From positions 155,000,001 through 155,064,000 of the forward strand of contig NC_043000.1 in the NCBI RefSeq assembly GCF_006345805.1: 64,000 bases of DNA. The letters run 5' to 3'. A model generated the notes under the pieces. That model saw only the letters and a list, made by a program, of their open reading frames with translations, had not been told where the DNA came from and made no database searches. Of the stretch, positions 25,919-40,184 are shown one piece after another (position 1 is the stretch's first letter; each line of letters opens with the position of its first letter). The position numbers were made by a program, and so were the translations under genes. Source of the DNA: Octopus sinensis (lineage: Eukaryota).

Positions 25919-26133
25919 ATGCGTGTATATGTTTGTGTGTCTGTGTTTATCCCCCGCACCATCGCTTGACAACCGATGCTGGTGTGTTTACGTCCCCGTA
26001 ACTTAGCGGTTCGGCACAAGAGACTGATAAAATAAGTACTAGGCTTACAAAGAATAAGTCCTGGGGTCGATTTGCTCGACTAAAAGGCGGTGCTCTAGCA
26101 TGGCCACAGTCAAATGACTGAAACCAGTAAAAG
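25620..26133 (+). mobile_element. SINE family 2 interrupted by a 96-bp inverted local insertion
   Basis: Family head and tail are intact. 25736-25831 is the reverse complement of 24635-24730. Confidence 0.85.
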
Positions 26134-27622
26134 AGCATACACTTGAGTGCGCGCACAAACGCACACACACACACAAACACTCACATATATACCGACATGT
26201 ATGCACTCATGTTCAAAAACATATACCCACACGCACAAACGACCTCACGCATATACGCCAAGGTGTAGTGTAGGCTTCTACTGTACGAGCCAAAAGGTAA
26301 TGATTAAATACTGCTGGAAGAGAATTTTCTCCGTTCTCTTTTAGTACATCATGTGAGCAATTTATGTAAATTTTATTTTCAGTGAAAGGAACAGAACACG
26401 AATTTAATTAGCAACTACCATTTAGATGTAATGCCAATAAATCGAAACAGTACAGCATAAGCGGAGCCATAAGAATGGTAGACTATGCTGCTTTCTGCAT
26501 CGGTTGACTTGACTTAATCTTGTTATTTGATGCTATTTCCTTTGGATGACTCTAATCTCCTCAAAGCTCTTACTTCATTTGGAAGTTTCAATTTCATGTT
26601 TAAATATTTTAATCCAAGAAAGCGATGCTGATCTATAGCCGAGTCAACAATTCATAGACGTGTTGCAGTTAGTCTAGTGCTGTTGTTGTTGTTGCTGTTG
26701 TTGTTGTTGAGTTTCGAGGGAGGTAGTGGAAGGGAGAGCGGTTCAAATGGATGTTGAGTGATGTAAAGGGTAATATTGGAAGATGAATTTAGTACAGGTT
26801 GTAGGAGCTGAGGGACTAAACAGATATTGCGAGGACAGAAGAAGGACAGAAGAGGGGTAGAAGAAGGACAGACCGTCTTAGTAATGATAGAGGTCAGTAA
26901 AATGATGCGATTCAATACTGTAGTTTTAATGAGTAATCATAAAAGTGCAAGATACAGTAGCATTAGTCAACATCAGCATGGAACATAAGCAAAAATATAT
27001 AAATTACTTTAGCCTGGAGCCACACGAGGAATGAATTATATCTTCACGGAAAATATTTGCCATAACAGGAATACTTCTTAATAGCAATTCCTTATACCAC
27101 CGAGGTCGTCTTTGTCTTTAGTTCTCTCGGGATCGATAAAATAAGTACTAGTTGAGAACCGGAGTCGATCTAATTGACTTATCCACTCCCGCGAAATTGC
27201 TGCCCTTGTTTCAAAATTTGAAACCAATATCGGAGCTATTTCTCTTTTACTTTTAAAGGTTTTGATTTTGCCTATTTATCTTTTGGCATATTTATATACA
27301 AACATATTAATTTATTTTACGAAAAAATAATCATGTCAAATACCAAAATGTGCAATACATTATAAATATAAAACAATAGAAAATTTAATATATACGAAAA
27401 TGCCAAGTGAATAGGGTATATGTACGCTTCCCAAACAGCATTTTAAACCTACTCCATATAATTGATTCTATGTAAAACACTTAATTCCATATTTCCTTAG
27501 GTGTTTTGAGTTGCTTTTATGCGTCTGTGGGAAAGATACCAACAATAGACTAACGGTATACATAGAAGATTCACCTTTGCATTGCTTCTCACTAACGTCA
27601 CACTAAGGATATTAGAGCTATG

Positions 27623-27941
27623 TGATCACGTGATCACGTGATCACGTGACCGACCAGACCATCAGATGTTGCTACACATCGCTGGTCACAATGCACTTCG
27701 CATTGTTTTAGCCTTCGAATGACGCCACCCCGCTGGCTAAGCGAGCAGGCCAACAGAAGAAAGAGTGAGAGAAAGAGTGGTGAAAGAGTACAGCAGGGAT
27801 CGCCACCACCCCCTGCCGGAGCCTCGTGGAGCTTATAAGTGTTTTCGTTCAATAAACACACACAACGCCCCGTCTGGGAATCGAAAACGCGATCCTCCGA
27901 CCGCGAGTCCGCTGCCCTAACCACTGGGCCATTGCGCCTCC
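27623..27941 (-). mobile_element. tRNA-SINE with (GTGATCAC)n tail
   Basis: Minus-strand head GGAGGCGCAATGGCCCAGTGGTTAGG matches the 33051 copy. A/B boxes present. Confidence 0.85.
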
Positions 27942-28544
27942 ACAAGTGCTATGTATGATCTTAAAAAGGTCCTTGTGATATGTGAATATATAATTTTAAC
28001 ATCTACATCCTTCAAATACCAATTCTCATAAATAAAATACAAATATTTTTTTCTGATGCAGTCGATTACTTTCAAAAAGTATATGTTTAACAAACTCGCC
28101 AGTCTGTAGTTAGCAAACCACCCACTCGCAAAACAAACCGGTTCTGAATTTGGTTTATATTTGGAATAATACTATAGATTATTTAGCTACAGAATAAAGA
28201 AAACTGCATTGTTTTCATACAGATTCCTACTAGACTGTGCTCCAGATGCCAAATATAGTCTGCTTTACTTTTGAATTTAAGGACCTTCTGAAACCTTCAT
28301 ATCAACATGGTCACCTATATCTGTTAATATATCCCCACCTCAATCTAAGTACAAATGTAAGTACAGACGTTGATAAAATAACGAAAGAATATGCGCAACT
28401 TAGTTCTTTCCAGTATTACCACACAACAACAACTGTCTATTCATTAATCAATATCAATAAACCTACAATATCCATCTCGCTCTCACTCTCTCACCCTCTC
28501 TCTTTCTCTTCTCACTCTGTCTTTATATATATATAATATATATA

Positions 28545-28715
28545 TATAATGTATATACACATCTATATCGATCCATCTGTTTATCTTTGTTTAAACTTAT
28601 AGAAAACATATATGTCGGTTTGCTTACACAGAACCACCTATACGCATATAATTACACATTCACCGACCGTTTTTACATACATACCCATAGATACGTCTAC
28701 ACGCATATATAAACA

Positions 28716-28781
<66 letters not shown>

Positions 28782-28987
28782 TATATATATATATATATTA
28801 TATATATATATATAATGTATATACACATCTATATCGATCCAACTGTTTATCTTTGTTTAAACTTATAGAAAGCATATATGTCGGTTTGCTTACACAGAAC
28901 CACCTATACGCATATAATTACACATTCACCGATCGTTTTTACATACATACCCATAGATACGTCTATACGCATATATAAACACACACG

Positions 28988-29030
<43 letters not shown>
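28545..29030. repeat. Tandem duplication (~266-bp period) bounded by (TA)n
   Basis: Two copies of TATAATGTATATACACATCTATATCGATCC..CATATATAAACACAC differing by a few substitutions. Confidence 0.85.
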
Positions 29031-29032
<2 letters not shown>

Positions 29033-29447
29033 CGCATATAGATGCACATGCAAACACATATATATATATGTAGGTTTGTATGTGTGAGAGAAAGGGAGAA
29101 AGAGGGTGAGAGAGGAAAAGAGGAAAGGGAGAGAGAGGGAGTGAAAGGGAGAAAGGGTGTAAGAGTGTATAACCTCGGCATATGTTATGTACTGAGTAGC
29201 TAAATTCTAATGAAATTGAAATAATCCGTGCATTTCGAAGACGATACTATGCATGTTCAAATCTAAAAATTGTAAGCATGGGAAGTAACTCCTACAACAA
29301 TCCAACCAATGAACTTCTTCACTTGACTTGTGGAGAGGTTCATGGACTTATATTATTCCTAATTAAATACACAAGGCTAATAAATAGATATGGAAAATTC
29401 ATATTAAAGATTGAGCATTTTCGTATTCTCATTGTCACATATAAACA

Positions 29448-29760
29448 GGTGAATGTGTATAGTTCAGTGGTTAGAGCGTCGGGGTAACAATCACGAAGTA
29501 GTGGGTTCGATTTCCGGACCGGGTTGTGTGTTGTACTCTTGAGCAAGATCCTATTTCAGATTGCTCCAGTTCACTCAGCCGTAAAAATGAGTTGCGACGT
29601 CACTGGTGCAAAGCTTATTGGCCTTTGTTTTCCCCTTGGATAACATTGACGGCGTGGAGAAGGGCGTCTGGTATGCATGGGTGACTGATGGTCTTCTATA
29701 AACAACCTTGCTCGGACTTGCACCTCGAAGGGGAACTTTCTAGGTGCAATCCCGTAATCA
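29448..29760 (+). mobile_element. tRNA-SINE
   Basis: AGTTCAGTGGTTAGAGC and GGGTTCGATTTCC boxes. Body shared with 37866-38197. Confidence 0.8.
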
Positions 29761-30726
29761 TCAGTTTGATGTCACATCCGTATGTATACACACAGTAGCT
29801 ATAGCATGTTATATCAAATGATGGAAGACGGTTGGTAGACTGTGTCTTTTTCAGTCAAAATGAGTCATTTTATTTCATTAATGACAGTAGTAGCTAATAC
29901 TTCACCTATAGCTCTGTACTCTCCATTGACTAAATAATTTTGAGTGAAAGACATGCACCCTCAACTTGCACTTTGTTCGTCATACTACATGCAGAAGAAA
30001 ATGTTTAGATTCATCTGTCCTCAATGATTCCACTATAATATAAGTATTCGTTGTTATTGTTAATTCTAGGTTAGCCCTAATTAACCATATCTATGATCAA
30101 AGGCATCATTCTATCTTTGACACCCAATTTATTTAAGTATTATTCACCTAAGACTAGATTATTCTATATTTGTTTCGTTTCTGAGGTACTAGAGTATGAT
30201 ATGAAAAGTATTTTACTACTATTTTTAGTAGGTCAAGTGACAACATAGAGGCTCTCACACAGACGCAAGAATATTCCATATTCCATCACATGTATACGTG
30301 TACGTATATAGCTAGTTCATTGTGCCGTAGGGTCATAAGTATAGGGGGAGGTTTTATCTAGTGTCTCTGTCACTACCAAAATGGAGTGATCATTTTACTA
30401 TCCATGTTCCATAAAAAAAAACAAGAAACAAAAAACAAAACGATGAGTTGGACACAACTAACAAAACCCTCGTCAATTGTATTGTACTGCTTTTGCTGCT
30501 AAAGCAGTGGGGCTTTCTCATTGTCATATGTATTTACATTTTTATAGCGAGGTGGATCGGGTTGTTAAGCCTCTTAGCTAAGAACACAATGCAGAAAAAA
30601 CTGTAGCCTGATATTGATGTTATAGCCATCTGCCACGTTTCTACCCCATACGTACATACATACATACATACATACATACATACATACATACATACATACA
30701 TACATACATACATACATACATACATG

Positions 30727-30950
30727 TGGAGACGCGTGTCTTAGTGGTTAGGATATTGGACTCATGATTGCAAGATTGTGGTTTCGTTTCCTAGACCGAG
30801 CGATACCTTGTGTTCTTGAACAAAGCACTTCATTTCACGTTGCTCCAGTCCACTCATCTGGCAAAAATGAGTAATTTTGCGACGGACCGGCGTCCCGTCC
30901 AGCTGGGAAATTTATACGCCATTGAAACCGGTAAACCGGCCCTTATGAAT
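30727..30950 (+). mobile_element. tRNA-SINE, diverged
   Basis: GTCTTAGTGGTTAGG head and CACTTCATTTCACGTTGCTCCAGTCCACTC core shared with the other tRNA-SINE copies. Confidence 0.7.
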
Positions 30951-31206
30951 TGGCATATAACTCACCTTTATATGCATACATACACACGCACGCACACATG
31001 CACGCACAAACACACATACACAACCATAATAATTGATACGCACATACACATTTATCCATGTTTCCAAACTGCTACATGTTCTTTTCTATATCAACTGGGT
31101 CAAGTACGATTGGTACATACATGCATTAGCGTATAATCTATGGAATCAATATATATATGCAGAAGTCCTCAGGAATGTAACTCTGTGCAAATTCATGCAT
31201 GTATAT

Positions 31207-31268
<62 letters not shown>

Positions 31269-31567
31269 TATAATTACATTTCTTCAATATGTTAGTATTT
31301 GCTTTTGCATGATCTTCGCTTATATATGTATTGACACACACATATGTATACATACGTATGTGTGTGGATACACACACTCTCTCATATAAGCATACGTATG
31401 CTTTCTTTTAGCTATGAGTATATTTCATAATATACAGTTGTTTGTATATGTAGGTTTGTATGTTTTAATTCTTGAACATCTGTGATACTAACATTAGTAT
31501 TCTCTTGCATTATTCTTGTACTGTTCTTCGTGCGTGTGTGTGTGAGTGTGTGTGTGAGAAAGAGAAA

Positions 31568-31609
<42 letters not shown>

Positions 31610-32493
31610 AATTTCAAACAGCATGCAGCATTTTAAAGATATCGTAATCAATAGAGAAATAGAAGGTGAGATGATTAAACATACTAAGTATTGAGTGGAG
31701 TTTTTCATGAGAAATTGATACAATAGAGAAAGAAATTTAAGTTATTATATGGATTCAGCAGTTATTTGTCTAATGCAATAATAACAACAACAACAACAAC
31801 ACTGATCTGCGAATCATTATCATTATCATCATCATCAGTAGCAGTAACAATCATAACAATATTGATTGCAACATTAATAATAATATTCAACAAAAACACT
31901 ATCAACGGTAAAACATCAAAGGCAAAAAGGGGACAATAAAAATAGTAATGCTATCTTAGGTGTGCACGAGGTCATACTTTGATTTAGGAAGTATACACTC
32001 AACTGAACCAATCCCTGGGTACATCTTATTGACCTCAAAATGGTAAAAGATAAAGTAGACCCACAACCAGATTTGGACTTTGAGCATTTAGGGAGAAAAT
32101 GACGAAATCTTTATCTGTTGCTTATTATGCGTTTCAGTCGCTACACTGTGGCCATGCTGGGGCACCGCCTTGGTGAATTTTAGTCGAACAAATCGCCCCA
32201 AGTCCTTATTTTTGCTTTTAAACCAGGTACTTATGTTATCGGTTTCTTTTGCCGAATCGCCAAGTTACGGGGATTAAGTACCGGCTGTCAAACACACGCA
32301 CATGTATATGTATATCTATACATGTATATCTATTTCTCTCTCACTCACTCTCTCTCTCCCTATATATATATATATACACACACACAGGGGTTGGACAAAA
32401 TAATGGATTTATTATTAGTGTTGCTGAATGTTTTGCTAAAATTGCTGTTTCTTTTCAGATATCATCAGAAAAAGGTAATTAAAATTCATTAAA

Positions 32494-33911
32494 ATGACAG
32501 ATCTATCGGACTTTCAAAGAAGTCAAATTGTTGGTACTCATAAGTAAGCCAGGCGCTAGCGCAAGAAAAACAACCGAAATGTTTGGTGTATCAAGAAGTA
32601 CTGTCTCGAAAGTAATGACAGCCTTTGAGAAAGAGGGAAAAACCTCCTGGTCGAAACAAATCTCAGGAAGAAAATCAAAACTTTCAGAGAGGGACTGTCG
32701 GACTCTTACGCAAATTGTTAGAAAGGATCACAAAAGTACAGCTCCTAAAATTACTGCACAGCTTAACGACCACCTCGAGAACCCACTTTCCACAAAATCT
32801 GTTCGACGGGAGCTGCACAAAGCCGGATTTCACGGGAAGGCTGCAATCAGAAAACTACTACTTTATAAAACAAACGTTGCAAAGCGTTTAGAGTGGAGTA
32901 AAAACCTACATAATTGGTCTCTAGAGCAGTGGAAGAATGTTATATTTTCGGACTAGTCACCCTTCACCTTATTTCCGAGTATACGTGTGGAGACAACCAA
33001 AAGAAGTATTTGAGCCAGACTGCCTTCTTCCAACTGTTAAACATGGAGGAGGAGGCGCAATGGCCCAGTGGTTAGGACAGCGGACTCGCGGTCGTAGAAT
33101 CGCGGTTTCGATTCCCAGACCGAGCGTTGTGAGTGTTTATTGAGCGAAAACACCTAAAGCTCCACGAGGCTCCGGCAGGGATGGTGGTGATCCCTGCTGT
33201 ACTCTTTCACCACAACTTTCTCTCACTCTTACTTCCTGTTTCTGTTGTACCTGTATTTCAAAGGGCCGGCCTTGTCACTCTCTGTGTCACGCTGAATATT
33301 CCCGAGAACTGCGTTAAGGGTACACGTGTCTGTGGAGTGCTCAGCCACTTACACGTTAATTTCACGAGTAGGCTGTTCCGTTGATTCGGATCAACCGGAA
33401 CCCTCGTCGTCGTAACCGACGGAGTGCTTCCCAAACATGGAGGAAGATCTGTGATGATCTAGTGGGGCTATATCTTGGAAATCCGCCGGCTCAGTGGTTT
33501 CCGTTCATGGCAATGTTATTAGTCAAAACTGTTTAAGCATTTTATCTGATCAAATTCATTTTATAGTTGCGCACTTTTCCGGAGGGAAACGCAATCTTTC
33601 AGGATGATAATGCACCGATTCACACAGCTAAATATGCTACTGAATGGCATGAGGAACATTCTAGTGAAGTTGAACATCTGATCTGGCCACCACGGTTCCC
33701 AGACCTCAGTATTATTGGACATTTATGGTGCATTTTAGAAAAACACGTAAGGAGTAGATATCCTCCACCATCATCACTACAAGATCCGGAAATTGTTTTA
33801 GCTGAAGAATGGACAAAAATTCCTTTGGAAACAATTCAAGCTTTGTACGAGTCCATACCTCGTAGAATTCAAGCTGTAATTACTGTCAAAGGCGGTCCTA
33901 TCCCATATTGA
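32494..33911 (+). pseudogene. Tc1 transposase pseudogene
   Basis: HTH region GVSRSTVSKV, WKNVIFSD, FQDDNAPIH, WPP..PDL.IIGHLW. Disrupted by a stop, frameshifts and a SINE insertion. Confidence 0.88.
33051..33432 (+). mobile_element. tRNA-SINE family 1, full length, 12-bp TSD
   Basis: AAACATGGAGGA duplicated at 33039-33050 and 33433-33444. A/B boxes present. Confidence 0.92.
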
Positions 33912-34160
33912 ACTAAATTTGCTTGAAATTTTAAGGTGTTTCCATTATTTTGTGCAACCCCTGTGTATATATATGATGGTCTTCTTTCAGTTACCAAATC
34001 CACTCGCAAAGCTTTGGTCGATCCGAGGCTATAGTAGAGGACATTTGCCTAAGGTTCCACACAGTGGGACCGAAACCAGAATCATGTGGTTGGGAAGCAA
34101 ACTTCTTACCACATATGGTAAAAGTGTCAGTCAACTTTCCCACTTATCACAATAATAATG

Positions 34161-34230
<70 letters not shown>

Positions 34231-34239
34231 TAAAAGTAA

Positions 34240-34815
34240 GACACAACAGAGTTGGGACCTAATAACACTGGAAGCTATGCTAACACTATGGAATAACAAC
34301 AGAAAAGATATGATGTAGGCACATCCCAGAAAAGATCACAGAAGATGAGAAAGCAACCATACTCTGGGATATGTCAATACACACAAATAGAAAAGTAAAG
34401 ACCAATAGGGCGGATATAGTTGTCAAAGTTTACTTAGAAAAATATGTTTTCTAATCGATGTATCAATACCAACAGATGACAATATTTCTCTAAAAGAAAC
34501 GGAGAAACTTTCAAAATACTTTCAAAATACAAAGATCTGGAAATAGAGGTAACTTGAATGTGGAATCTAAAGACAGAAATAATTCCTATCGCAGTAGGCG
34601 CATTAGGTATGATAAAACATATTCAGACAAATACATAACAAAAATACCAGGACTAACACGTATATATAGCATATAGAAAATAGAACTACTAGGCACTGCG
34701 CACATCCTACGTAAAACACATTCAATACAGTAAAAATAAGAGCGTCACAACAAACCACAGCACATAACCAAGGCAGAGAGAAATTTGGTCGGTAGTGCAG
34801 TGAAAGCACGTGATA
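34240..34815 (+). mobile_element. R4/Dong-like RLE LINE 3' fragment, subfamily B
   Basis: Follows an (AAT)n tract. Degenerate LIDVSIPTDDN..EKLSKYKDLEIEV..WNL..IP..VGALG. Confidence 0.8.
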
Positions 34816-34819
34816 AGTA

Positions 34820-35335
34820 TAAGATTACTGATTGAAAATGTTACCATGTACGTTGTTTTGACTTGGTATAAAAGATGGGCAACAGCAAATATTCTGCTCA
34901 GTACCACAGATTTGCTTGTCAGTTGTTTGACTTTATCCAGTTGAGCATGTCTCTTGGTGGCTGACGACATGTGCATCTCTGATCACGAGCAGAATTAGTG
35001 GGGAACATCATAGCCATGTGTTGAGAAGAATTCTTTGGGATTTGGATAAACCCCTTCTGGAAACATGGGTGTTTCGTTCAGCATTCTTAAACAACTCTTA
35101 TTCAGGGACCTATTGAGCGGGATAGGCTACTCGATCTGAAGAAAATTCTAACTGGGCCCCACTTGCGAGGTCATGCACTGTTTATCTTGATATGAAATCA
35201 CCATGTCGCGCACATATGGTTGTGATGCATGTGCCTGGTGTACCCTTATCAGACGGGTAGTCATGATGATTATACTGGACTTCGTATATTTTACCCCAGT
35301 GTCACATTGATGGCCTGCACTACTCTCTCACTCAT
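34820..35335 (+). repeat. Second copy of the ~550-bp repeat at 12641-13199
   Basis: Collinear similarity, ending CACTACTCTCTCACTCA followed by (AAC/AAT)n. Confidence 0.8.
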
Positions 35336-35599
35336 AGTAACAACAACAACAGCCACAATAATAGTTCTTTCTAATTTTGGCATAAAGTCAGTAACTTTTT
35401 GGCGGGTGGGGACGTAAGTCGATTGCATTGGCCCTGTTACTTGACCGGCACTTTATTGTATCAGTCATGAAATGATGAAAGGCAAAGTTGACCGCAGCAG
35501 TATTTGAATAGTGAATATGAAGAGCCGAAATACTCACTGAAAAGCACAAAGCGCAAACAATGCTGCCAATCCAGCGTTTGTTTACCATTAATTTTAATA

Positions 35600-36305
35600 A
35601 TATCTTTTCTACTCTAGACACAAAGCCCGAAATTTTTTGGTGGGGGTGGGGGGACCAGTCAATTAGATCGAACTCAGTATGCAACTGGAACTTAATTTAT
35701 CGACCCCGAAAGAATGAAAGGCAAGGTCGACCTCGCCGGAATTTGAGATCACAACGTAAAGACAGACGAAATACCTCTAAGCATTTGCCCGGCGTACCAA
35801 CAGTTCGGCCAGCTCGAAGCCCTAATTCTAATAATATCTAAGAATTGTAATAATAATCCTTTCTACTAAAGGCACAAGGCCTGAAATTTTGGGGGAGAGG
35901 TCCAGTCGATTACATCGACTCCAGTATCTTACTGATACTTAATTTATCGACCTCGAAAATATGAAAAGCAAAATCCACCTCGGTGGAATTTGAACTCAGA
36001 ATGTAAGGTAGGATGAAATGCTGCTAATCCTTTTGCTCGGCGTGCTAACGATTCTGCCAGCGAGCCGCCTTAATATTAATAGTAATAATCCTTTCTGGTA
36101 AAGTTACAAAGTCTGAAATTTGGCGGGTTGGGACTGGGCGATTACATTGACCCCAGTATATCACTGGTACTTAATTTATCGACTCTGAAAGGACGAAAGG
36201 CAAAGTAGATCTCGGCGGAATTTGAACTCAGGCATGAAGATCGATAAAATACTGCTAAGCATTTCGCCCGGCATGCTAACGAATTTTCCAGCTCGCCGCC
36301 TTAAT
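35600..36305 (-). mobile_element. Three stacked SINE family 3 copies separated by short AAT runs
   Basis: Each shows the reverse complement of GGCGGCGAGCTGG..GTCGACC..TCGATAAATTAAGT. Confidence 0.8.
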
Positions 36306-37089
36306 AATAGTAATAATAATAATAATAATTATAGTTTCAATAACAACCACTATCACCACCAGCACTAGTACCAATAGCGTCAGTACCACCAACACCACAA
36401 CTACCAACACCACAACTACTACTGCTGTGCTGCTGCAGCTGCCGGGCTCTTGGTTAAGTGTCTTAAAGACTCAATCCACTTAACAGTAAATGTGCAAGTA
36501 CATTCTATAGAATAAATATAACACACTCTAACGAAAAGCAAACAACGGCATTGTAAAAGCTAAGAAGAGAGCTTGTCTGTGTCCTGCTCTGAAGCAGCTT
36601 TAAAAAAAAGCTGGAGAATATTGAGATACTCAAGATATAATAAATATGAGTTACAATAAGAGAAATAGAAAGAAATATTAAGTGTGGTTTTTCCCGTAGA
36701 GTAGTCCCGTAGTTTTGCTTACTAATAGAATGGAAATAGAATGTTTAGACTAGCATCACCATCTCATCGTCCGTATATCGATAATTTTGTAGTTCGATGA
36801 TTAGTTCAATGATATTAAGTGACATCAAAATTGAATTTGGTTTGTTGTTATTGTTCAGTACCAGGTCAGTTCTGATAGAGAAGGTGAAGGTTTGTGATGA
36901 AGCACTTGATCATTCTTTTCTTTTTGTGTAACAAAGAACAACCCATCGCAAACTGCAGTTTGTGTAAAGAACAATTTCAGTTGTAAGAACTTGCAACCAA
37001 ATTCATGAAAAGCCGCTTGAAAGAAAAGTGTTTAAAGAGAAAACTGTGAATGTATGATTATTTGAGATTCAAGGGAGACTTCATGTAGA

Positions 37090-37810
37090 TAAGGAGTTAA
37101 CATATGCATAGTTTTTAAACTGAAGGGAAAAAGAAGAAACAAAGTTGCTTACTGAACAATGTTACAACCACAGATATTTCGATTCCACCGGACATGCTTA
37201 GTAAAGATGAAAGTAGAAGTACCGATGAACTACCCGTTCTGGAAGCAGGGATGGCTGTGTGAATTTGAAGTTCACTTTGCAGTTCCGTGCTTTCAGTTTT
37301 GATTTCACTGAACAGCATCTTGGGCAAATGTCTTCTATGATTGCTTAAAAGTGGTCAAAACCTCTAGAAGGAAACTGTTCTCAGTTTCTAGATGTCTTGC
37401 AAACAACTTGCACATGCAAGAGCAACATTCAAAAGCTCCGCATACCGGAAGCCAGCAAGTGTATGGGGTCATCAGGAGAGAATGCGTACCGTTTCGGGGC
37501 CTACCTCTTGACGGCATCAATGCACACCGGCCCCACTCACTGATCGAGGCCCCGCTTGCTAGATCAGCTGGTTATCAAATAAAGCTCAATATTCTTCTAG
37601 CCATCATACTATTTAAATGTCATACTATTTAGTACCATCATTATAGCTAAGTGGGACCTTAAGGGAAGTCTATTCTGTTGCAAGCATTTGAGCCAGCTCT
37701 CTAATCTGAGGATAACTTTCTCTCTTACATTGTCCAAAGGAGCACTGAAACGGTCACTAGGAATTGCATATCCTACTCTGACTAAGCCATTAAAAATGAG
37801 CACACAAATT
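37090..37810 (-). mobile_element. Possible L1/Tx1-like LINE remnant
   Basis: Minus-strand NVREKVILRLESW...RLPLRSH..I.MVLNSM resembles the post-RT K..RL..W..R.LS..G motif of L1/Tx1. Heavily degraded. Confidence 0.35.
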
Positions 37811-37865
37811 AGATTCTAGCTGGCCGGATAGTGATTAAATCAGTTGAATATCTACAAAGGCGTGA

Positions 37866-38197
37866 AGGCGCATGGCTCAGTGGTTAGAGTGTCGAGCTTA
37901 CGATCGTGGGGTTATGAGTTCGAATCCCGGACCGGGCTGCGTGTTGTGTTCTTGAGCAAGACATTTTATTTCTCGTTGTTCCAGTTCACTCAGCTGTAGA
38001 AAGGAGTTGCGACGTCACTGGTGCGAAGCTGTATCGGCCTTTGCCTTTCCCTTGGATAACATTGGTGGCGTGGAGAGGGAAGGCCGGTATGCATGGGCGA
38101 CTGCTGATCTTCCATAAACAGCCTTGGCCGGTCTTGTGCCTGGGAGGGTAACTTTCTAGGTGCAATCCCATGATCAATCATGACCGAAGGGGGTCTC
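37866..38197 (+). mobile_element. tRNA-SINE
   Basis: TGGCTCAGTGGTTAGAG and GAGTTCGAATCCC boxes. Confidence 0.85.
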
Positions 38198-38299
38198 AGC
38201 ATCTACAAAGGCATAATTGAGAGGCATGCTATCTGGAAGAATTCAGTACCAAATATAAGTGACATAACACTTATGTAAAAAATATTTCTTAACATAATT

Positions 38300-39180
38300 A
38301 AAACCATGTTAGTTAATTGAGAAGATATAGTAATCAACGAAAAACTGTGAAAAAGTTGATCTGAGCTCATGATTGTATTTTATCGAAAGATGAATAGTCA
38401 ATGGGTAAAATATAGAATTAAAAACAGGGACCTTAAATTCTTTGGTAAATCTTGTGTTACGAAAGGTAAAGAAAAAATAGCTCTGTACAGAATATAAAGC
38501 TGAAACTACCCTATATTTGATCACAAAACAAGACCAAAACGTAGAGTCGGAAATGAGCTTCTAAGTTTAGCACGTCTAAAGATGGAAGAAACACTGGCAA
38601 AATATCGATACAAGTAGGCAAGCTGCATCTTTAGAACATTTGAGAAATCGAATGGAATTGCAGTAATAGATATAAGGGATATTAGAAATAACGGAAAGCA
38701 TACAATAAAGCATATATAAAGCGATACTGCAGAATACGTGAAGTTTGCGAAGGAACTATCAATCACAACGTTACTAAATGATAGTGTTTAGCCAAACTAT
38801 AATTCATAAACAGACACGATTGATTTTGAGAGTTCATTGACAGAAACTGTGTGCATTGGAAATCATGGACAGTATGGATTGCTCATAGAAATAAAGATAC
38901 TACAGGCAGACACCATAATCGATCACAGAAAACGAAAAAGTGATCAAACACCGGGGTAAAAAGATTAAAAGGCAAACTGCCCAAATATTATCATCAAAAA
39001 AGAAATGAAGTGTTTATTCATATTTTCTCCAAAAACTTTCTTTCAATTGACATAGATTCTAACAGGCGTTGAAATAATGTTGAGAACATGAAGCGGAACC
39101 GATCCAAATATAAAGAATTGAAAACAGAGAAATCTAGTATGCAGAGAATGGAAACAGATACAATCGCAATAATAATAATG
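38300..39180 (+). mobile_element. Old R4/Dong-like LINE remnant ending in (AAT)n
   Basis: Degenerate RHD..IHW.LC and C..ID remnants with an AAT tail. Confidence 0.45.
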
Positions 39181-39189
39181 CACGCTTTG

Positions 39190-39410
39190 GGAATTTGGTT
39201 TGAAATTTTGGCACAAGGTCAGCTATTTCGGAGGAGGGGCTAAATCGATTACATCGACTCCAGTGTTCAACTGATACTTATTTTATCAACCCGAAAGGAT
39301 GAAAAGCAAAGCCGACCTCAGCGGAATTTGATCTCAGAACATAAAGACAGATGAAGTGCCGCTAAGCGTTTTTTCCAGTGTGCCAATGATTGTCAGCACC
39401 GCCTCCTTAC
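39190..39410 (-). mobile_element. SINE family 3
   Basis: Reverse complement of the family core. Confidence 0.75.
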
Positions 39411-39969
39411 GCTTTGGAAATATAACAAAATCCCTAGTAACTTCATTTATACAAAGCATACAAAAATAAGATGAACGTGATACAAACACATGACCCAAAG
39501 CATTTCGAGTATAAAGATATTTTCAAAACAAAGGCCAAAATCTGTGACCGAAGTAGTGATCAGGTAAGTAGCAAAAGGACGCAGTATCAACGAAAATATT
39601 GATGACTCCATATGTTGAAAGATACAGGTCACAAGTTTTGAGAGAGGGAGCAATTGATAATATTAACTTCAATATATGACACGTTCTTCTTTTATTATAT
39701 TATTGCAAACCACCGAAGGTTATATGACAAAGGAAGAGATCAGGGTCAAACTTTTAACCCAAGACGTTAAAAGAATTAACTAAACACCACAAAACAGACT
39801 TCTTTCTTTGCCGTTTTACAGAATCTTTCCTGACACGAGCTTCCTGTTCATGCTATTTTATAAAATGATTTGAGATCCTAGCGTCATAACTTTTTGAACC
39901 AAAAGAACAGGCATTCAAACAAACTGTCAAACAATCAAACAAATCTGACGGAGACAAAACAGAATAACT

Positions 39970-40130
39970 TGCAGGAGTGGCCGTGTGGTAAGTAGCTTGC
40001 TAACCAACCACATGGTTCCGGGTTCAGTCCCACTGCGTGGCATCTTGGGCGAGTGTCTTCTGCTGTAGCCCCGGGCCGACCAATGCCTTGTGAGTGGATT
40101 TGGTAGACGGAAACTGAAAGAAGCCTGTCG

Positions 40131-40184
<54 letters not shown>

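Larger units (their letters stand above)
32385..33963 (+). mobile_element. Tc1 (DD34E) transposon, full length, with nested SINE
   Basis: TIRs CAGGGGTTGGACAAAATAATGGA / TCCATTATTTTGTGCAACCCCTG enclose transposase fragments. Confidence 0.92.

Noticed and set aside
27623-27650. Tandem palindromic GTGATCAC array (operator- or CRISPR-like)
   Set aside because: It has no spacers and is the 3' tail of the minus-strand SINE.
33051-33125. tRNA genes at SINE heads (also 229, 29448, 37866)
   Set aside because: A/B boxes are present, but the sequences continue into SINE bodies and lack a clean cloverleaf.
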